The notes below the pieces were generated by a model, which had not been told where the DNA came from, made no database searches, and saw nothing but the letters and a program-made list of their open reading frames with translations. A stretch of DNA of 36,911 nucleotides from Acytostelium subglobosum (Eukaryota): assembly GCF_000787575.1 (NCBI RefSeq), contig NW_012236516.1:284922-321832 (forward strand). Direction: 5' to 3'. Below are positions 35,534 through 36,911 of the stretch, piece after piece. The translations under genes and the position numbers were made by a program. Position 1 is the first letter of the stretch. Each line of letters begins with the position of its first letter.

Positions 35534-35702
35534 TCCCAATGTACCATTTCCCCATTCCCCATTACTATTGTACTTACTTTACTCTCCCTATGCATCTCAA
35601 CAACAACTTCAACATCCTCAACTTCAACATCCTCAACAGCGGCAGTAACATCAAGTAATAGCCATTCATTTAAACCTTCGAACCCTCCCCTACTACTACC
35701 TA

Positions 35703-35733
35703 TCTCTCTCTCTCTCTCTCACTCTCACTCACT
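35703..35733 (+). repeat. (TC)n dinucleotide microsatellite followed by (ACTC)n
   Basis: tctctctctctctctctcactctcactcact. Confidence 0.85.
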
Positions 35734-36140
35734 ACATTACTGTGTGTGATGGTGGTAATGGTCCTTTCGTCGAGTTCAGCCCTAGCCCACCCCATGAAGG
35801 CCTCTTCACACACAATCAAATCAAACACACACACTACATAATGCCCAATCAATCACTGTTTAAACAGGGCTACTATACTACATACTACACACGCAAGATA
35901 ACACCCCCACTACCATTGGCTATGGCCCTGGGCAAGTAAGTAATAATAACACTGCCCAACAATCACAACATTGATTGGTGTTGACAGGCAGGTTGTTTAT
36001 CAAGTTTAAAGTTGAAGGAAGGTCAACTACCGCACACACTGTTGCCTGGAACATTTATATCATCACCTAAATTAATTATTATCTTCAATTCATTCAAACA
36101 ACCAATCACACATATCATATCATATACATATAAACAAACG

Positions 36141-36911
36141 ATGTGTCGAACATCATTCATTATAATATTACTGGCTGCACTATTTGGTCTGTGTCATAGC
36201 CAATCCTACACTCCAACATGGAGCAGTATTAATTCCAGACCTCTTCCTGAATGGGTATGTACAAATAATACATTTGGAAATATCCGCCAGCCAACTTACG
36301 ACTTCCATCTTTCCATCAAATCAAACAATCAGTATGATCAATCTAAATTCGGAATCTTCATACAATGGGGAGTATACTCTGTTCCTGCTTATGCCACTCC
36401 AATGGTTCCAACAGCTGAATGGTATTGGCATACACTAGAGAACCCCGACTTGGACGATGGCGCCACTCAAGCCTATCATAACAAATCTTATGGACCAGAT
36501 TTCTCGTATCAATCATTCGCTCCAATGTTCAAAGCTAACCTGTTTGATGTCCAGCTGTGGTCTGAGGTGATCCGCGCCTCTGGTGCTCGCTACGTCGTGC
36601 TGACCAGCAAGCATCATGAGGGCTACACCAACTGGCCTTCGGCAGAGTCATGGGGATGGAACAGTGCCGACGTTGGTCCCATGATGGACATTGTCGGAAC
36701 CATCTCCAAAGAGTTTAAACAATCGGGATTGTACATGGGATTGTACTACTCCCTCTTTGAATGGTACAATCCACTCTACCTCGCCAACAAAGATTCAGGA
36801 GTACCACCAACATCCAACTCCTATATCACAGAGGTAATGATGCCTCAGTTGTTGGACATTGTAAACACCTATCAGCCAGATATAAGTATGTTATTTCCAA
36901 CAAACAAAGGA
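36141..36911 (+). CDS. Alpha-L-fucosidase (glycoside hydrolase family 29), secreted; 5' part only, runs off the window end
   Basis: Exon 1 is 36141..36254: MCRTSFIIILLAALFGLCHSQSYTPTWSSINSRPLPEW (signal peptide plus mature N-terminus). The intron runs GTATGT at 36255 to caatcag at 36331. Exon 2 begins at 36332: YDQSKFGIFIQWGVYSVPAYATP..AEWYWHTLEN...YVVLTSKHHEGYTNWPSAESWGWNSADVGPMMDIVG...GLYYSLFEWYNPLYLANKD...YQPDI. It matches human FUCA1 block for block (YTPDWPSLDSRPLP-W; KFGVFIHWGVFSVPA; KYVVLTTKHHEGFTNWPS; GPHRDLVG; GLYHSLLEWFHPLYL; YKPDL). A probable next donor GTATGT is at 36885. Confidence 0.85.
   Translation, partial: MCRTSFIIILLAALFGLCHSQSYTPTWSSINSRPLPEWVCTNNTFGNIRQPTYDFHLSIKSNNQYDQSKFGIFIQWGVYSVPAYATPMVPTAEWYWHTLENPDLDDGATQAYHNKSYGPDFSYQSFAPMFKANLFDVQLWSEVIRASGARYVVLTSKHHEGYTNWPSAESWGWNSADVGPMMDIVGTISKEFKQSGLYMGLYYSLFEWYNPLYLANKDSGVPPTSNSYITEVMMPQLLDIVNTYQPDISMLFPTNKG

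Overview
This window is not prokaryotic. It is a gene-dense stretch of a eukaryotic nuclear genome with about 13 protein-coding genes on both strands. Introns are short (47-180 nt) with GTATGT/GTAAGT donors and yeast-like (T)ACTAAC branch points. Coding DNA is about 55% GC and noncoding DNA is AT-rich. I reconstructed exon-intron structure for each gene by hand from the six-frame ORF track plus splice signals. Recognisable products are: a PH/F-box/PH/RhoGAP protein; a Rab14 GTPase; a MIF4G (eIF4G-like) protein; a small coiled-coil protein; a P4-type phospholipid flippase (8 exons, minus strand); the AP-4 adaptor beta subunit (7 exons, minus strand); a Dph6/ATPBD4-like PP-loop ATPase; a giant (~2390 aa) TEP1-like protein (TROVE + DUF4062 + NACHT P-loop + ~20 WD40 repeats); a putative 4-TM protein; a type I membrane protein; a DDX5/Dbp2-type DEAD-box helicase; an EEF1AKMT4-type eEF1A lysine methyltransferase; and the 5' part of a GH29 alpha-L-fucosidase. 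I found no rRNA, tRNA, CRISPR array or transposon, and nothing resembling a prokaryotic defence or operon system. The standout gene is the TEP1 (vault/telomerase RNP) homolog, in a genome whose introns look fungal. The standout sequence feature is a strand-specific (CAAT)n/(CAATCA)n microsatellite. It occupies the 3' ends of introns and UTRs on the transcribed strand, effectively replacing a polypyrimidine tract. Its plus-strand orientation (CAAT versus ATTG) tracks gene orientation at every locus examined. Several introns have lengths divisible by three and read through as open frames. The gene set (AP-4, Rab14, TEP1, fucosidase) together with TACTAAC-type introns suggests an early-diverging fungus or other unicellular opisthokont or amoebozoan rather than a Dikarya fungus. 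I cannot name the species.
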